Below are positions 40,986 through 51,002 of a stretch of 64,000 bases of DNA, piece after piece; positions within the stretch are counted from its first letter, which is position 1, and each line of letters starts with the position of its first letter. The position numbers were made by a program, and so were the translations under genes. Below the pieces are notes generated by a model, which made no database searches, was not told where the DNA came from, and saw nothing but the letters and a program-made list of their open reading frames with translations. This DNA comes from Planctomycetota bacterium (GTDB lineage Bacteria; Planctomycetota; MHYJ01; WSZJ01): NCBI GenBank assembly GCA_038060895.1, contig JBBTCT010000027.1:94000-157999 (forward strand), read 5' to 3'.

Positions 40986-42476
40986 ATGCCCCTCATCCGG
41001 GTTAAAGCCGGAGCCGAAGTCGGACGCACGACCGACATCACGAACGAGGTGATCACGATCGGTCGTGACCCGAATGCGATGGTCAAGGTCATGGACCACG
41101 GGGTGTCGCGCCAGCACGCGGAGATTTTCAAGATCGGCGAGATGTGCTTTATCCGCGATCTGAAGTCCACGAACGGAACGTTCGTGAACGACCAGAAGAT
41201 CACGGAAGAGTTGCTGCGGGCGGGCGACCTGGTGCGCATCGGCAACACGATCCTGACCTTCGAGGACGGGGGCGCGCCGCGCGCCGAGGAAAAGCAGGTC
41301 GATTTCGACCAGGGGCGCGAGCTGTCGGCGCACTCGACGATCGAGCTGAAACTGGACCGCACACCGGACAAGAATCTCCCGCCGGCTGAGAAGGTCGGCA
41401 AGGAACTTGAAAACCGCAACCTCTCCGCCCTCTACGACGTCGCGCGCATCATCGGGACGGAACGCGACGCCCAGGGACTCCTCAACAAGATCCTCGAACT
41501 CGCCCTTCAGTCCACGAACGCCGACACCGGCTACCTGCTGCTCCTCGAAAAGGGAACGGGGAAGCTCGTCCCCAAGGCCGCCATCTCCAAGGAAAAGACC
41601 GAGCCGAAGATCTCGCGCACGATCGTCAAGCGCGTCATGCAATACGCCCGCGCCATCCTGACGAGCGACGCCATGCTCGATTCGCGGTTCGCCGGCAGCG
41701 AATCGATCGTCATGAAGAACATCAAGTCGGTCATCTGCGCGCCGCTCGTCAGCCGCGACAAGATCACCGGCATTCTCTACCTGCACTCGAGCAAGGTGGC
41801 GCAGGAATTCAGCAGCGAGGATCTCGAACTCGCCACGGCCATATCGCTTCAGGCCGGGATGGCGATCAGCGCCTTCTCGTCCGGCGAGGTGCTTCGCAAG
41901 ACGCTCGTGTCCTTCGTCAAGACGCTGGTGACGGCCACGGAAATCCGCGACCCGAAAATGCAGGGCCACTCCGAGCGCGTTGCCAATTTTTCAATGGCGA
42001 TCGGCGCCCAGATGAAGCTTCCGAAAGCCGAGCTTCAGCGGATCCATCTCGCCGCCCTCCTGCACGACATCGGGAAGATGGGACTGCCGCTTCACGCACC
42101 CGACGGCTCCGACAAGGAAAAGTGGAAGGAAGAACACGTCAACCTCGGCGAGAAACTCGTTTCGAGCATCGAGGGATTCGAAGACGTGCTGCCCGGCGTC
42201 AAGTACCACCACGAGTACCTCGACGGAAGCGGTTTTCCGCACAAGCTCAAGGGGGACGCCATTCCGCAGATCGCGCGGATCCTGGCGGTCGCCAATGATT
42301 TTGACAACTCAACCGCCCGGGGCGGACTCAAGGGCGAGGGGTTGCCCGTGAAAGAAGTGCTGATCGACATGGGCCGCGCCGGATCGGGCAAGTACGACGA
42401 CGCGGTCATCCAGGCGCTCCTGGTCTGCCACAGAAACGGGACGCTGTTCGAGCCGTCGACGCCGTTCGAGATGTAG
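40986..42476 (+). CDS. FHA-GAF-HD-GYP domain protein
   Basis: FHA IGR..VSRQHA..DLKSTNGTFVN; GAF SVICAPL..GILYL; GHSERV, LHDIGK, HHEYLDGSGFP. Confidence 0.88.
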   Translation: MPLIRVKAGAEVGRTTDITNEVITIGRDPNAMVKVMDHGVSRQHAEIFKIGEMCFIRDLKSTNGTFVNDQKITEELLRAGDLVRIGNTILTFEDGGAPRAEEKQVDFDQGRELSAHSTIELKLDRTPDKNLPPAEKVGKELENRNLSALYDVARIIGTERDAQGLLNKILELALQSTNADTGYLLLLEKGTGKLVPKAAISKEKTEPKISRTIVKRVMQYARAILTSDAMLDSRFAGSESIVMKNIKSVICAPLVSRDKITGILYLHSSKVAQEFSSEDLELATAISLQAGMAISAFSSGEVLRKTLVSFVKTLVTATEIRDPKMQGHSERVANFSMAIGAQMKLPKAELQRIHLAALLHDIGKMGLPLHAPDGSDKEKWKEEHVNLGEKLVSSIEGFEDVLPGVKYHHEYLDGSGFPHKLKGDAIPQIARILAVANDFDNSTARGGLKGEGLPVKEVLIDMGRAGSGKYDDAVIQALLVCHRNGTLFEPSTPFEM

Positions 42477-42524
42477 CAACTCCCAGGCGCCTGAGGTCAT
42501 CGACGCCCGTCGGAGACTTGACCT

Positions 42525-43877
42525 GTGAGCCTCGTGCCCGGCCTCGCTTCAATCGCGGGGCCGTCCTCCATATCGCCCGAGCAACGCAAGCGTTCCCTGT
42601 TCGTCTCGATCGTCGACGGCTGCTTTCACGGCGGCATGGTCGGCTTCGGCGAGACGTACGTGGGCGCGTGGGCGGTGTTTCTCGGCGCAACCCCGGTCCT
42701 CGCGGCCGCCCTTGGCTCGTGGCCGCCCCTTCTCGGCGCCATCTTCGGGGCGTTTGCGGTCGATCTGGTGGATCGCCTGAAGCGCCGCAAGAGGATCACG
42801 GTCGCCGGGGCGGGCCTGGCCGGGCTGGTGTATCCGCTGCTCATCATCCTTCCCCTGGCCTTCCCGCGCTTCGGCGCCCATGCCGCCGTTTTCTGCTGGT
42901 TGCTCTACTTCGCGGGCAACAACGTCGCCGGCCCGCCCTGGAACTCGTGGATGGGAGACCTCGTGCCGGCAGCAAGCCGCGGGGCGTATTTCGGGAAGCG
43001 GTCCGGGCTGATCAATGCCGTCACGTTTGGTTGCCTGCTGATCGCCGGCTGGATGCTCGACCACTTCCGCGCGGCGGGCCGCGAGAGAGACGGATTCCTG
43101 CTCTGCCTCGCGATCGCCGGCCTGCTCAAGTTCATCTCGGTAGGCTTCCTGACGCGCGTTGCGGAACCGCCGTACGCTCCCCGCACGAGCGACTACTTCA
43201 CCTTTCGCCAGTTCCTCGGTCGGTCGATGCATTCCAACTTCGCCTGGTTTACGTTCGGGATCGCGCTGATGTATTTCTGCGTCCATCTCTCCGGCCCGTT
43301 TTTCATTCTCTACCAGCTGAAGACGCTCGGCTGGACCTACTCACAGCTCATGATCTCGATCGGCGTCCAGACCATGTCCGCCTTCCTGACGCAGCGATGG
43401 TGGGGAAGAGTTGGCGACCGCCGCGGATCTCAGTTCGTTCTCGTCCTCAGCGGCGTCGTTTGCGCCATCCTCCCGCTTCTCTGGTGTTTCACCACCACCT
43501 TCTGGCTCATCCTGGGCATCCAGGTTCTTGCGGGGTTCGGGTGGGGAGGATTCAACCTTGCGACGGGGAACTTCCTCTTTGAAGCGGTGACGCCCGAGAA
43601 ACGCGCGCGGTGCGCCGCCTACTTCAACGTCATTACTTCGATAGGCATCATCATCGGAGCCACGGTCGGGGCCTTTCTCGTCGCTCATGTGCCGGGGAAT
43701 TGGAATCTTGCCTCGCCGTTCCTGGTCGTCTTCGGCCTTTCCGGCTTGCTTCGCTTTCCGATCGTTCTGCTGTGGCTCCGGGGAGTGAAGGACGGGGAAA
43801 AGGCCCACGTCGAGCTGAAGGAACGGGCGCGGCAGATCGCGGTCGTCGTGAAGGGGGACCCCGGGGACGCCCAGTAA
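42525..43877 (+). CDS. MFS transporter
   Basis: About 12 TM segments; PPWNSWMGDLVP..RGAYFG.R, WGRVGDRRG. Confidence 0.8.
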   Translation: MSLVPGLASIAGPSSISPEQRKRSLFVSIVDGCFHGGMVGFGETYVGAWAVFLGATPVLAAALGSWPPLLGAIFGAFAVDLVDRLKRRKRITVAGAGLAGLVYPLLIILPLAFPRFGAHAAVFCWLLYFAGNNVAGPPWNSWMGDLVPAASRGAYFGKRSGLINAVTFGCLLIAGWMLDHFRAAGRERDGFLLCLAIAGLLKFISVGFLTRVAEPPYAPRTSDYFTFRQFLGRSMHSNFAWFTFGIALMYFCVHLSGPFFILYQLKTLGWTYSQLMISIGVQTMSAFLTQRWWGRVGDRRGSQFVLVLSGVVCAILPLLWCFTTTFWLILGIQVLAGFGWGGFNLATGNFLFEAVTPEKRARCAAYFNVITSIGIIIGATVGAFLVAHVPGNWNLASPFLVVFGLSGLLRFPIVLLWLRGVKDGEKAHVELKERARQIAVVVKGDPGDAQ

Positions 43878-43929
43878 CGGCGGCCGGGCGCCCGGATTCC
43901 GGACGCGCCGGCCGCACGAACTTTCGCCA

Positions 43930-45501
43930 TTACTTCGACAGATCCCGCGCGTCCTTCACCATCTCCACGAACTCAGCTCGGTAACCCTCGGCGTCCCGGC
44001 CCAACCCGCCCTTCGCCAGCTCGAGCACGAGGTTCCAGCTGGTCTGACCCTTGTGCGGCGAACTGCGGAGGAGCATCCCGAATGCGGCGACCGAGGCCGC
44101 GAAGTCGAACTCGGGCGTGCCAACGGCGTCGCTTCCGGGATCGTTGACGGCGATCTCGAAGCGTTCGCTGGTCTCGCCATCGGGCAGCTTGTAGCGCAGC
44201 TTCACGGTGCAGAGCTCTGCAGATCCGGCGCCGCTGGCAGTCGTGGGCGCCTGGTATTTCAGCGAGTCAATGTGTCCACCCGGGACCGCTTCACCCGCCG
44301 GAACAATTTCGTAAAGGGCGGTGACCTGGTGGCCCGCGCCGATCTCGCCGGCGTCCTTCGTGTCGTCATTGAAGTCCTGGTTTGCCATGACGCGGTTCTC
44401 GTACCCGATCAGGCGGTACCCTGCGACCTTCGCCGGGTTGAACTCGACCTGGATCTTCACGTCCTTCGCAATCGTGATCAGCGTGCCGGTCGCCTGCTCG
44501 ACGAGGACCTTGCGGCCCTCCTTCACCGAATCGATGTACGCCGCGTTCCCGTTTCCCTTGTCTGCGAGTTGCTGCATCCTGGCGTCGGCATAATTTCCGC
44601 GGCCGAACCCGAGAACGCTCAGGAACACGCCCGACTTCCGCTTCTCCTCGATCAGCCGGACCAGGTCTCCCTCACTCGTCACGCCTACGTTGAAGTCGCC
44701 GTCGGTGCACAGGATCACGCGGTTGACGCCGCCTTTGACGAAGTTTTCCTGCGCGACCTGGTACGCCAGCTCAATGCCCTGCGCGCCATTCGTCGAACCG
44801 CCGGCATGCAGCCGGTCGAGGGCCTTTTCAATCGCATCGCGCGCCGCGCCGGTCGTCGGCGGAAGCACGAGCCCCGAGCTGCCCGCGTAAACGACCATCG
44901 ACACCGTGTCCTTCACGCGCATCTGCTTCACCAGCATCCGCAGGCACTTCTTCACCAGCGGCAGCCTGTCCTGCGGTTCCATCGACCCGGACACATCGAT
45001 CAGGAACACCAGGTTCGCCCGCGGCGCTTCTTCCAGCTCCACCTTCTTCCCCTGGATCCCGATCCGGGCCAGCCGGTGCTTGGGCTCCCACGGCGCCGGC
45101 CGGACTTCGATCGCGGCCGAGAACGGTTTCCCGTCGGACGGCGGGGCGTAGTCGTAAGAGAAGTAGTTAACCATTTCCTCGAGCCGGACCGCGCCGGGCG
45201 GCGGCAATTGGCCCTCATTAATGAAGCGACGCACGTTGGCGTACGACGCGGTGTCCACGTCGATCGAGAAAGTCGAGAGCGGCTCGTCCGCGACGCGGAA
45301 GAACGGGTTGTCCTGGAAGTGCGCGTACTCTTCGGTGTTGAACTCCGGGTCCGCAACAGGAGGCGCCGCGTCCTGCACGAACCCGACTTCGCGGCACGCA
45401 GGCGCGGGCATGCCGCTCATGTCCGAGCTTCCACACCCTGCAATTCCCGTCGCAACCGTCAATGCCGCCAACCTCTTGATACATGCTGAATGCAGTTTCA
45501 T
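43930..45501 (-). CDS. YfbK-like VWA domain lipoprotein (vWF_A + VWA + DUF3520)
   Basis: IAGC lipobox; STFSIDVDTASY, RLEEMVNYF.Y, MIDAS DVSGSM, TDGDFNVG, DFNDD.KDAGEIG. Confidence 0.88.
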   Translation of the reverse strand: MKLHSACIKRLAALTVATGIAGCGSSDMSGMPAPACREVGFVQDAAPPVADPEFNTEEYAHFQDNPFFRVADEPLSTFSIDVDTASYANVRRFINEGQLPPPGAVRLEEMVNYFSYDYAPPSDGKPFSAAIEVRPAPWEPKHRLARIGIQGKKVELEEAPRANLVFLIDVSGSMEPQDRLPLVKKCLRMLVKQMRVKDTVSMVVYAGSSGLVLPPTTGAARDAIEKALDRLHAGGSTNGAQGIELAYQVAQENFVKGGVNRVILCTDGDFNVGVTSEGDLVRLIEEKRKSGVFLSVLGFGRGNYADARMQQLADKGNGNAAYIDSVKEGRKVLVEQATGTLITIAKDVKIQVEFNPAKVAGYRLIGYENRVMANQDFNDDTKDAGEIGAGHQVTALYEIVPAGEAVPGGHIDSLKYQAPTTASGAGSAELCTVKLRYKLPDGETSERFEIAVNDPGSDAVGTPEFDFAASVAAFGMLLRSSPHKGQTSWNLVLELAKGGLGRDAEGYRAEFVEMVKDARDLSK

Positions 45502-45663
45502 CCTCACCCTCCGTAATGAGCCGGTCGTGCCGGCGAGTCGCCCCCTGTCACGGACGAGCATGAAGCGGGGAAGTGGCGCGGAGGTTCGCGGAATTGGTTC
45601 GGAATATTCGGGCGGCGTACGGCGCCGAGGTAGGATGCCCCGGGATCACTTTGAGGGGGACCC

Positions 45664-46512
45664 GTGCCACAACCTGCTTCCGCTTCCGGTCGCATTCCCG
45701 TCGTCTGCCCGTGCGGCGCGAATTTCACCGTCGAATCGAAATTCGCCGGCCGGCAGGGAAAGTGTCCCAAGTGCGGCCAGTCGATCCTCGTCCCGACGCC
45801 GCAGGCCCGTGTCTCCTGCCCCAAATGTCACTTCTTGAACCGGGCCGAAGATGTGCGGTGCTCCCAGTGCGGAGAGTTCCTGCGAGAGCCGGCGCCCGGT
45901 GAGGCCGTGCCCAAGACGGCGATGGAAGCCATCGAGGAACGGCGCGGCACGCGCCGGACGACTCGCCCGCCCGCGGCTCTTCCGCCCCAGGATGCACAGG
46001 ACGCCCCGGCAGGCGAAGCTCCATCGGCAGAACCCGTCGCACGGCGCGCGCCCGCCCTGCGCAGCAAACTCGCCGAACTTGAAAAGCCGCGCCGTTCCGT
46101 CGTCCTCCGCTTCCTCGTGTTCCTCATCCTTGGTGGCGGCGCCGCGGCCGGGACTTTCTACGGCGGTCGCAGCTACGCCGAGCCGAAGATCTCGGCCCCC
46201 CGCGAGGCTGAAGCGGAAGCGCGCAAAAACGTCTGGCCCGCGAAATCGCTCGATGTCCTGCACGACGGCCTCAAGGCGCTGTCGAAAGCAATGCCTCGCG
46301 ACACAATTTCCAACCGGGAGACGCCGGAAGAAATGGCGCTTCGCACAACCATCGAGGCCGAGATCGCCCGCCTGAAGAAGGAAAACCAGGACGCCGTGAG
46401 GAAGGCGGACGCGGCGCACGCGGAGATGGAAAAGTGGCAGCTCGGCTGGTACGCGGCGATCGTGCTGGCGGGACTGCTGGCGGGACTGATCGGCTGGAAG
46501 CTGTCGGGCTAA
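45664..46512 (+). CDS. Zinc-ribbon membrane protein
   Basis: CPCG..CPKCG and CPKC..CSQCG, Pro-rich linker, two TM segments, coiled coil. Confidence 0.65.
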   Translation: MPQPASASGRIPVVCPCGANFTVESKFAGRQGKCPKCGQSILVPTPQARVSCPKCHFLNRAEDVRCSQCGEFLREPAPGEAVPKTAMEAIEERRGTRRTTRPPAALPPQDAQDAPAGEAPSAEPVARRAPALRSKLAELEKPRRSVVLRFLVFLILGGGAAAGTFYGGRSYAEPKISAPREAEAEARKNVWPAKSLDVLHDGLKALSKAMPRDTISNRETPEEMALRTTIEAEIARLKKENQDAVRKADAAHAEMEKWQLGWYAAIVLAGLLAGLIGWKLSG

Positions 46513-47639
46513 CGCCCCAGGTCCACCTCGTCCTCACCGCGCAGATCGTTCAGCCGGAACGCCACCGCCACGCGCTTCGCCTTCGGCAGCCGCTCGAACG
46601 CCCGCTCCAGCGCGTTTTCATCGCCGCAGGCGCGGGCGGCCCAAGGGTCCTCAAGATCGGCCTCCGCGACGGTCACGACCTCTCCCGCGCGGGCCAGAAG
46701 CGCCAGTCCGACCGCTGGATGATCGGTCGCTTTCAGCCATTTCCTGATCGCGGGCGCGACGTCCTTCAGGTGAGGCAGGATCGCCATGGCCGCGTCCCAA
46801 CGCAGCGGAAGGGCGCGGTCGCCAAGCCGGTCGTCGAGGGCGGGGAGGAGAAGCGCCGACGGGGACTTGCCGGAGAAGATTTTGGAGGCGGCTTGCAGGC
46901 CCGAGACCGGGTCGTCCGGCGGCGTGGTCGAGTCGCGAACGCACGCCATCGCGCCCGAATCGATGAATCGATCCCACTCCTCGCGATTGGCGGGCGCGGG
47001 CGCGGCCGCAAGGGCCGTTCGTTCGGCGTGAGCCTTGGCGGCTGAAGCGGCCTGCGCGGCGAATTCGGTTTCCTCGCCGGCGCGGAGAGCCAGCCCGGCC
47101 AGACGGTGATGCGCGCGGTACCGGGTGTTGGCGAAGAAGAGCGCCTCTTCGAGCGACAACGCGCTCTCGACCAGGTGGCTGCTGAGTCCGGCTGCGGCCC
47201 CATAAGCGGACTTCGCGCGGTCTTTCTTTCCTCGCCACTCCCATTCCTCGCCCCAGGCGAGCAGAACGTCGGTCAGCTCATGGACGGCGCGCGTGCGAAC
47301 CGGGGCGGGCGAAGGGGAGCGGTCGGAATCGAGGTTGGCCCGGGCGCGGGCGCGGTCCCCGAAGTCAATCGAGGCAGCGTCGGCGGCCTGGCGTGCATAT
47401 TCGCTCGCCTCGAGAACACGGCCGTCGGCGAGGGCGATGAGCGCTTCCACGAGGGAAACGGCGCCATTGGGGTCGCCGGCCGTCTTGGCGCGGCGGACCT
47501 CGTCGAGGAGCTCACGGCGGTGGGACGGGCCCTTCTCCAGGAGTTCGGAGAGGCGGGGACCGGCGTCTGGAATGGGAGCCGGGTCCGCCATCGCCCGGTG
47601 GGCAAGGGCGAGGGCGAGGGCGAAGGTGGAGAAGCGCAC
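46509..47639 (-). CDS. Secreted alpha-helical hypothetical protein
   Basis: Signal-peptide-like start; 376-aa Ala/Leu-rich ORF fills the gap and overlaps the stop of the convergent gene. Confidence 0.55.
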   Translation of the reverse strand: MRFSTFALALALAHRAMADPAPIPDAGPRLSELLEKGPSHRRELLDEVRRAKTAGDPNGAVSLVEALIALADGRVLEASEYARQAADAASIDFGDRARARANLDSDRSPSPAPVRTRAVHELTDVLLAWGEEWEWRGKKDRAKSAYGAAAGLSSHLVESALSLEEALFFANTRYRAHHRLAGLALRAGEETEFAAQAASAAKAHAERTALAAAPAPANREEWDRFIDSGAMACVRDSTTPPDDPVSGLQAASKIFSGKSPSALLLPALDDRLGDRALPLRWDAAMAILPHLKDVAPAIRKWLKATDHPAVGLALLARAGEVVTVAEADLEDPWAARACGDENALERAFERLPKAKRVAVAFRLNDLRGEDEVDLGR

Positions 47640-47655
47640 ATGGGGTTATCGGCGC

Positions 47656-47897
47656 GTTGGGGGTTTGGAGTTTTGGGTTCCGGAAGTTGAGATCCGGGTT
47701 CCGGGTTCAGAGTTCCGTGTGGGGTTGAGAGTCTGGAGTTGGCAGTTAACCCCGGAACGCAGGGGGCCGCGCGTGACCCCGGACTGAACTCCGCCCCAAG
47801 AACTCCCTCAACAACTCCCAACTCGAAACTCCCAACCCCACACGGAACGCTGAACCCGGAACCCGGATCTCAACTTCCGGAACTCCAAACCCCCAAC
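47656..47897. repeat. Long inverted repeat (about 85-bp arms) built from heptamer units
   Basis: 47656-47747 is the reverse complement of 47813-47897 apart from about 5 substitutions and one extra 7-nt unit (ttgggtt); units such as GGAGTTG, CGGGTTC, GGGGTTT. Confidence 0.92.
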
Positions 47898-47936
47898 TCC
47901 CGCACCACCACCTTTTCCGCTATCGTGACCCGGCCC

Positions 47937-49565
47937 ATGCCGCCACAACCCCGCTACCTGACCAATTTTGACGCCCGCCGCATTCCGTGGCGCAGCACCG
48001 ACATCCTGATCATCGGCGGCGGAGTCGCCGGCCTGCGCGCCGCAGTCGAGGCCGGGAAGAAGGCCCGCGTCCTGCTCGTGATGAAGAAGACTCTTCACGA
48101 TTCCAACACCGAATGGGCCCAGGGCGGGGTCGCCGCCGCGCTCGACCGAGGCGATTCCATCGCTTCACATGTCCGCGACACCCTCGACGCCGGCAAGGGG
48201 ATCGCCAACGCCCGCGTCGTCCGGACCGTGATCAAGGAAGGCGCGCAGCGCGTCAAGGAGCTCATCGCCTGGGGCACGCAGTTCGACCGGTCGTCCGGCG
48301 AAATCCGCTTCGCCCGCGAGGGCGGCCACTCGCGCGCCCGCATCCTGCACGCCCACGGCGACGCGACCGGCGCCGAGATCGCCCGCGCGCTGATCGAACG
48401 CGTAAAGGCACAGCCCAACGTCGAGGTGCTCGAGAGCGCGTTCGTCCTCGACCTCGTCGTGAAAGGCGGCCGGTGCTGCGGCGCCCTGGTAGTGGGGGGG
48501 GATGGAGCGAAGAGCGGGATCGCCGCGGGCGCGACGATCCTTGCGACCGGCGGCTGCGGCCAGCTCTACCGCGAAACCACGAACCCCGAAGTCGCCACCG
48601 GCGACGGCCTCGCCATCGCCCACCGCGCCGGCGCCGAACTCGAGGACATGGAATTCGTCCAGTTCCACCCGACCGCGCTCTACATCGCCGGCGCCGCACG
48701 CGCCCTCATGAGCGAGGCCGTGCGCGGTGAAGGCGCGTTGCTGCGCGACCGCCTGAAGCGGCGCTTCATGCCCGACTACCACCCCGACGCCGAGCTCGCC
48801 CCGCGAGACACCGTTTCGCGCGCGATCGTGCGTCAGATGCGCGCGACCAGCGACACCCAGGTGTACCTCGACCTCACCCATCTCCCCGCGACGAAAATCC
48901 GCGAGCGCTTCCCCGGCCTCGCGAAACTCTGCCGCTCCTTCGGCCTCGACATCGCCCGCGACCCGATCCCCGTCCGCCCCGCCGCGCACTACATGGTCGG
49001 CGGCGTGAAGACGGACCTGCGCGGGCGGACGTCGCTCCCGGGCCTCTGGGCCGCGGGGGAGTGCGGGTGTGCCGAATTCCACGGCGCGAACCGGCTGGGG
49101 TCGAATTCGCTGCTCGAAGGACTCGTCACGGGCGTGCGCGCGGCAAATGACGCACTGCGTCAAACCGGCGGGCAGGCGGGCAGGCGGGCGGGTGGGCCGG
49201 CTTCGCGCCGCAACGCCGCGATCTCCCTGACCGCCAACGACTCCCAGTCCACCGGCGAAGGTCTCCCACCCGTCGACGTCGTCGACCTCCGCGCTTCACT
49301 CAAAGCCCTCATGTGGCGCGAAGTCGGCGTCGAACGCGACGGCGACGGCCTCCGCCGCGCCCTCCAGACCATCGACTTCTGGAAGAAGTACGTCCTCCCG
49401 CGCGAATTCAGCACCGTCGCAGGATGGGAACTCCAGAACATGCTCACCGTCAGCGGGATCGTCGCGAAGTGCGCGCTCGCTCGCGACGAGAGTCGCGGAA
49501 CGCATTACCGGACGGACTTTCCGGAGACAGACGACAAGAAGTGGAAGCGGCACCAGGTCGTCTGA
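47937..49565 (+). CDS. nadB: L-aspartate oxidase
   Basis: IIGGGVAGL, SNTEWAQGGVAA, REGGHS..RILHA.GDATG, MEFVQFHPT, SEAVRGEG, ELAPRD, AHYMVGG, HGANRLGSNSLLE, ESRGTHYR.DFP. Confidence 0.93.
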   Translation: MPPQPRYLTNFDARRIPWRSTDILIIGGGVAGLRAAVEAGKKARVLLVMKKTLHDSNTEWAQGGVAAALDRGDSIASHVRDTLDAGKGIANARVVRTVIKEGAQRVKELIAWGTQFDRSSGEIRFAREGGHSRARILHAHGDATGAEIARALIERVKAQPNVEVLESAFVLDLVVKGGRCCGALVVGGDGAKSGIAAGATILATGGCGQLYRETTNPEVATGDGLAIAHRAGAELEDMEFVQFHPTALYIAGAARALMSEAVRGEGALLRDRLKRRFMPDYHPDAELAPRDTVSRAIVRQMRATSDTQVYLDLTHLPATKIRERFPGLAKLCRSFGLDIARDPIPVRPAAHYMVGGVKTDLRGRTSLPGLWAAGECGCAEFHGANRLGSNSLLEGLVTGVRAANDALRQTGGQAGRRAGGPASRRNAAISLTANDSQSTGEGLPPVDVVDLRASLKALMWREVGVERDGDGLRRALQTIDFWKKYVLPREFSTVAGWELQNMLTVSGIVAKCALARDESRGTHYRTDFPETDDKKWKRHQVV

Positions 49566-49571
49566 CCGGAC

Positions 49572-50258
49572 TTACTTTCCGCGATCGAGAGCGACATCGT
49601 CAGCGAGCCAGTCGTCAAATTGCTGACGCTGAATCTCACTGAGTATCGCGCGAACTTCTTCCGCGAACACTTGCTCGCGCTTCTTGATCGCCGCTTCGAT
49701 GTCCGCCCGTGTCCATCCGGGGTGCTCCGCTCTTGCGAAATCCAGCTGGATGGAGGCGTTTTTCGCCAAGACCGAACCCAGTTGTGGAATCTGTTGGACC
49801 TGCAAATCCAGCAATCCGCAGAGTTCACAGAGGAGCTGGCGAGTTCGGGCGAACACGGGACCGGGCGGGAAAGGTTTTTCGCCGTGCAAGCGGCCGAATT
49901 CAAGTTCCTCACGTTCGAGACGTCGAAGTTCAGCCCTCAAGGCCCCCTGTGCAACCATACGGTCGATCAACTCTTCGATCCCAGCACTCTCGGTATGCCG
50001 CAAGGGCCTGAAGGGTTCGACACCCCAGTTGTCCTTCCAGCGAACATCGGAGGGTTCTCCCACTGGAGGGAGCATTGTTACTTCCGACGGACCAGGACGC
50101 CTCGCCGCTTCGAATGCCTCGAAGGCAAGTCGTTCCCTCTCAAGGCGACTCTGATCCGCTTTTACGCCTGCTCGTTGCCAACCATAAATGAGAATCGACG
50201 CTGCTATGAGCAGCAGCATTCCCGAGACAGCCAGCGAGACGCGCCATCGAACGCTCAT
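49572..50258 (-). CDS. Hypothetical membrane-anchored protein
   Basis: N-terminal TM (VSLAVSGMLLLIAASILIYGW), helical body, ILSEIQRQQFD end; visibly less GC-rich than neighbours. Confidence 0.5.
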   Translation of the reverse strand: MSVRWRVSLAVSGMLLLIAASILIYGWQRAGVKADQSRLERERLAFEAFEAARRPGPSEVTMLPPVGEPSDVRWKDNWGVEPFRPLRHTESAGIEELIDRMVAQGALRAELRRLEREELEFGRLHGEKPFPPGPVFARTRQLLCELCGLLDLQVQQIPQLGSVLAKNASIQLDFARAEHPGWTRADIEAAIKKREQVFAEEVRAILSEIQRQQFDDWLADDVALDRGK

Positions 50259-50337
50259 GAGTGGATTGTATCGCGGGCGCTCCTCCAGAACCTGCCGGAT
50301 CGTGGGCACTCTTCCGAGCGTGATGTAAAGTGCGCCC

Positions 50338-50874
50338 ATGGCTTGGATCTACGACCTGACGGTGGACTTCGAAAAAAACGAGCGTGCGGCGAAAGCGTTT
50401 GCGGACGCGGTCTCGAAGCGGCTCGGGATTTTTGAGTCGGGGACTGCCGTGCAGCGACTGCACAAGCCCACCGTTTTCCGCCCGCAGGACGGACGGGGAG
50501 ACCGGGTGCATGTGTCCGTGATTCCGGTCGGCGTGAGCCTGGAACTGCCCGCGGACAAGGGCCTCGAGGTTCAGGACTTCGGCGACGACGTTCCGCAGTC
50601 GATTCCGCTGGCACTGCTGGAACTGCTTCGCGGGAACACTGCGTTCGCGATGGCGATGCCGGGTTGGGAAGCGGAGTGGCTCGGACTTGAGGCGCTGATC
50701 GAGGATTACGAAGAGGACATCGAGATGGGGACGCTTCATGGCCTGGTGATCGCCGATCGGTTGATCCCGCAACTGGCGAAATCGAGGCATTGGAAGGAGT
50801 GGGCGCCCGGGTATTCGTGGTTGCCGTTTCCAGGGACGGAGCCGAAACGTGCGCCGAAGAAGGGGAAGAAGTAG
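50338..50874 (+). CDS. Hypothetical protein
   Basis: 178-aa ORF with host-like codon usage; TAAAGT lies 6 nt before the ATG. Confidence 0.55.
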   Translation: MAWIYDLTVDFEKNERAAKAFADAVSKRLGIFESGTAVQRLHKPTVFRPQDGRGDRVHVSVIPVGVSLELPADKGLEVQDFGDDVPQSIPLALLELLRGNTAFAMAMPGWEAEWLGLEALIEDYEEDIEMGTLHGLVIADRLIPQLAKSRHWKEWAPGYSWLPFPGTEPKRAPKKGKK

Positions 50875-51002
50875 CTCCTGGCGCCTGTCAATCTGGCAAC
50901 ACCTGGGACCGCTTGTCATGAAAGCTCGGAGGGCGATCGCTTTCGCGGCGCCACAAGTCTTTGCGGCTGAAACCTTTACGCGAAGGCAGCTTCCCAGAAC
51001 AA

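Noticed and set aside
47739-47936. N-terminal extension of NadB, and the antisense ORF 47273..47821 sharing TPHGTLNPEPGSQLPE
   Set aside because: Both are translations of the two arms of the inverted repeat, not protein homology.
49572-50874. Possible foreign island or toxin-antitoxin pair between nadB and dnaK
   Set aside because: Only a modest composition shift, divergent orientation, and no mobility genes, att sites or toxin motifs.
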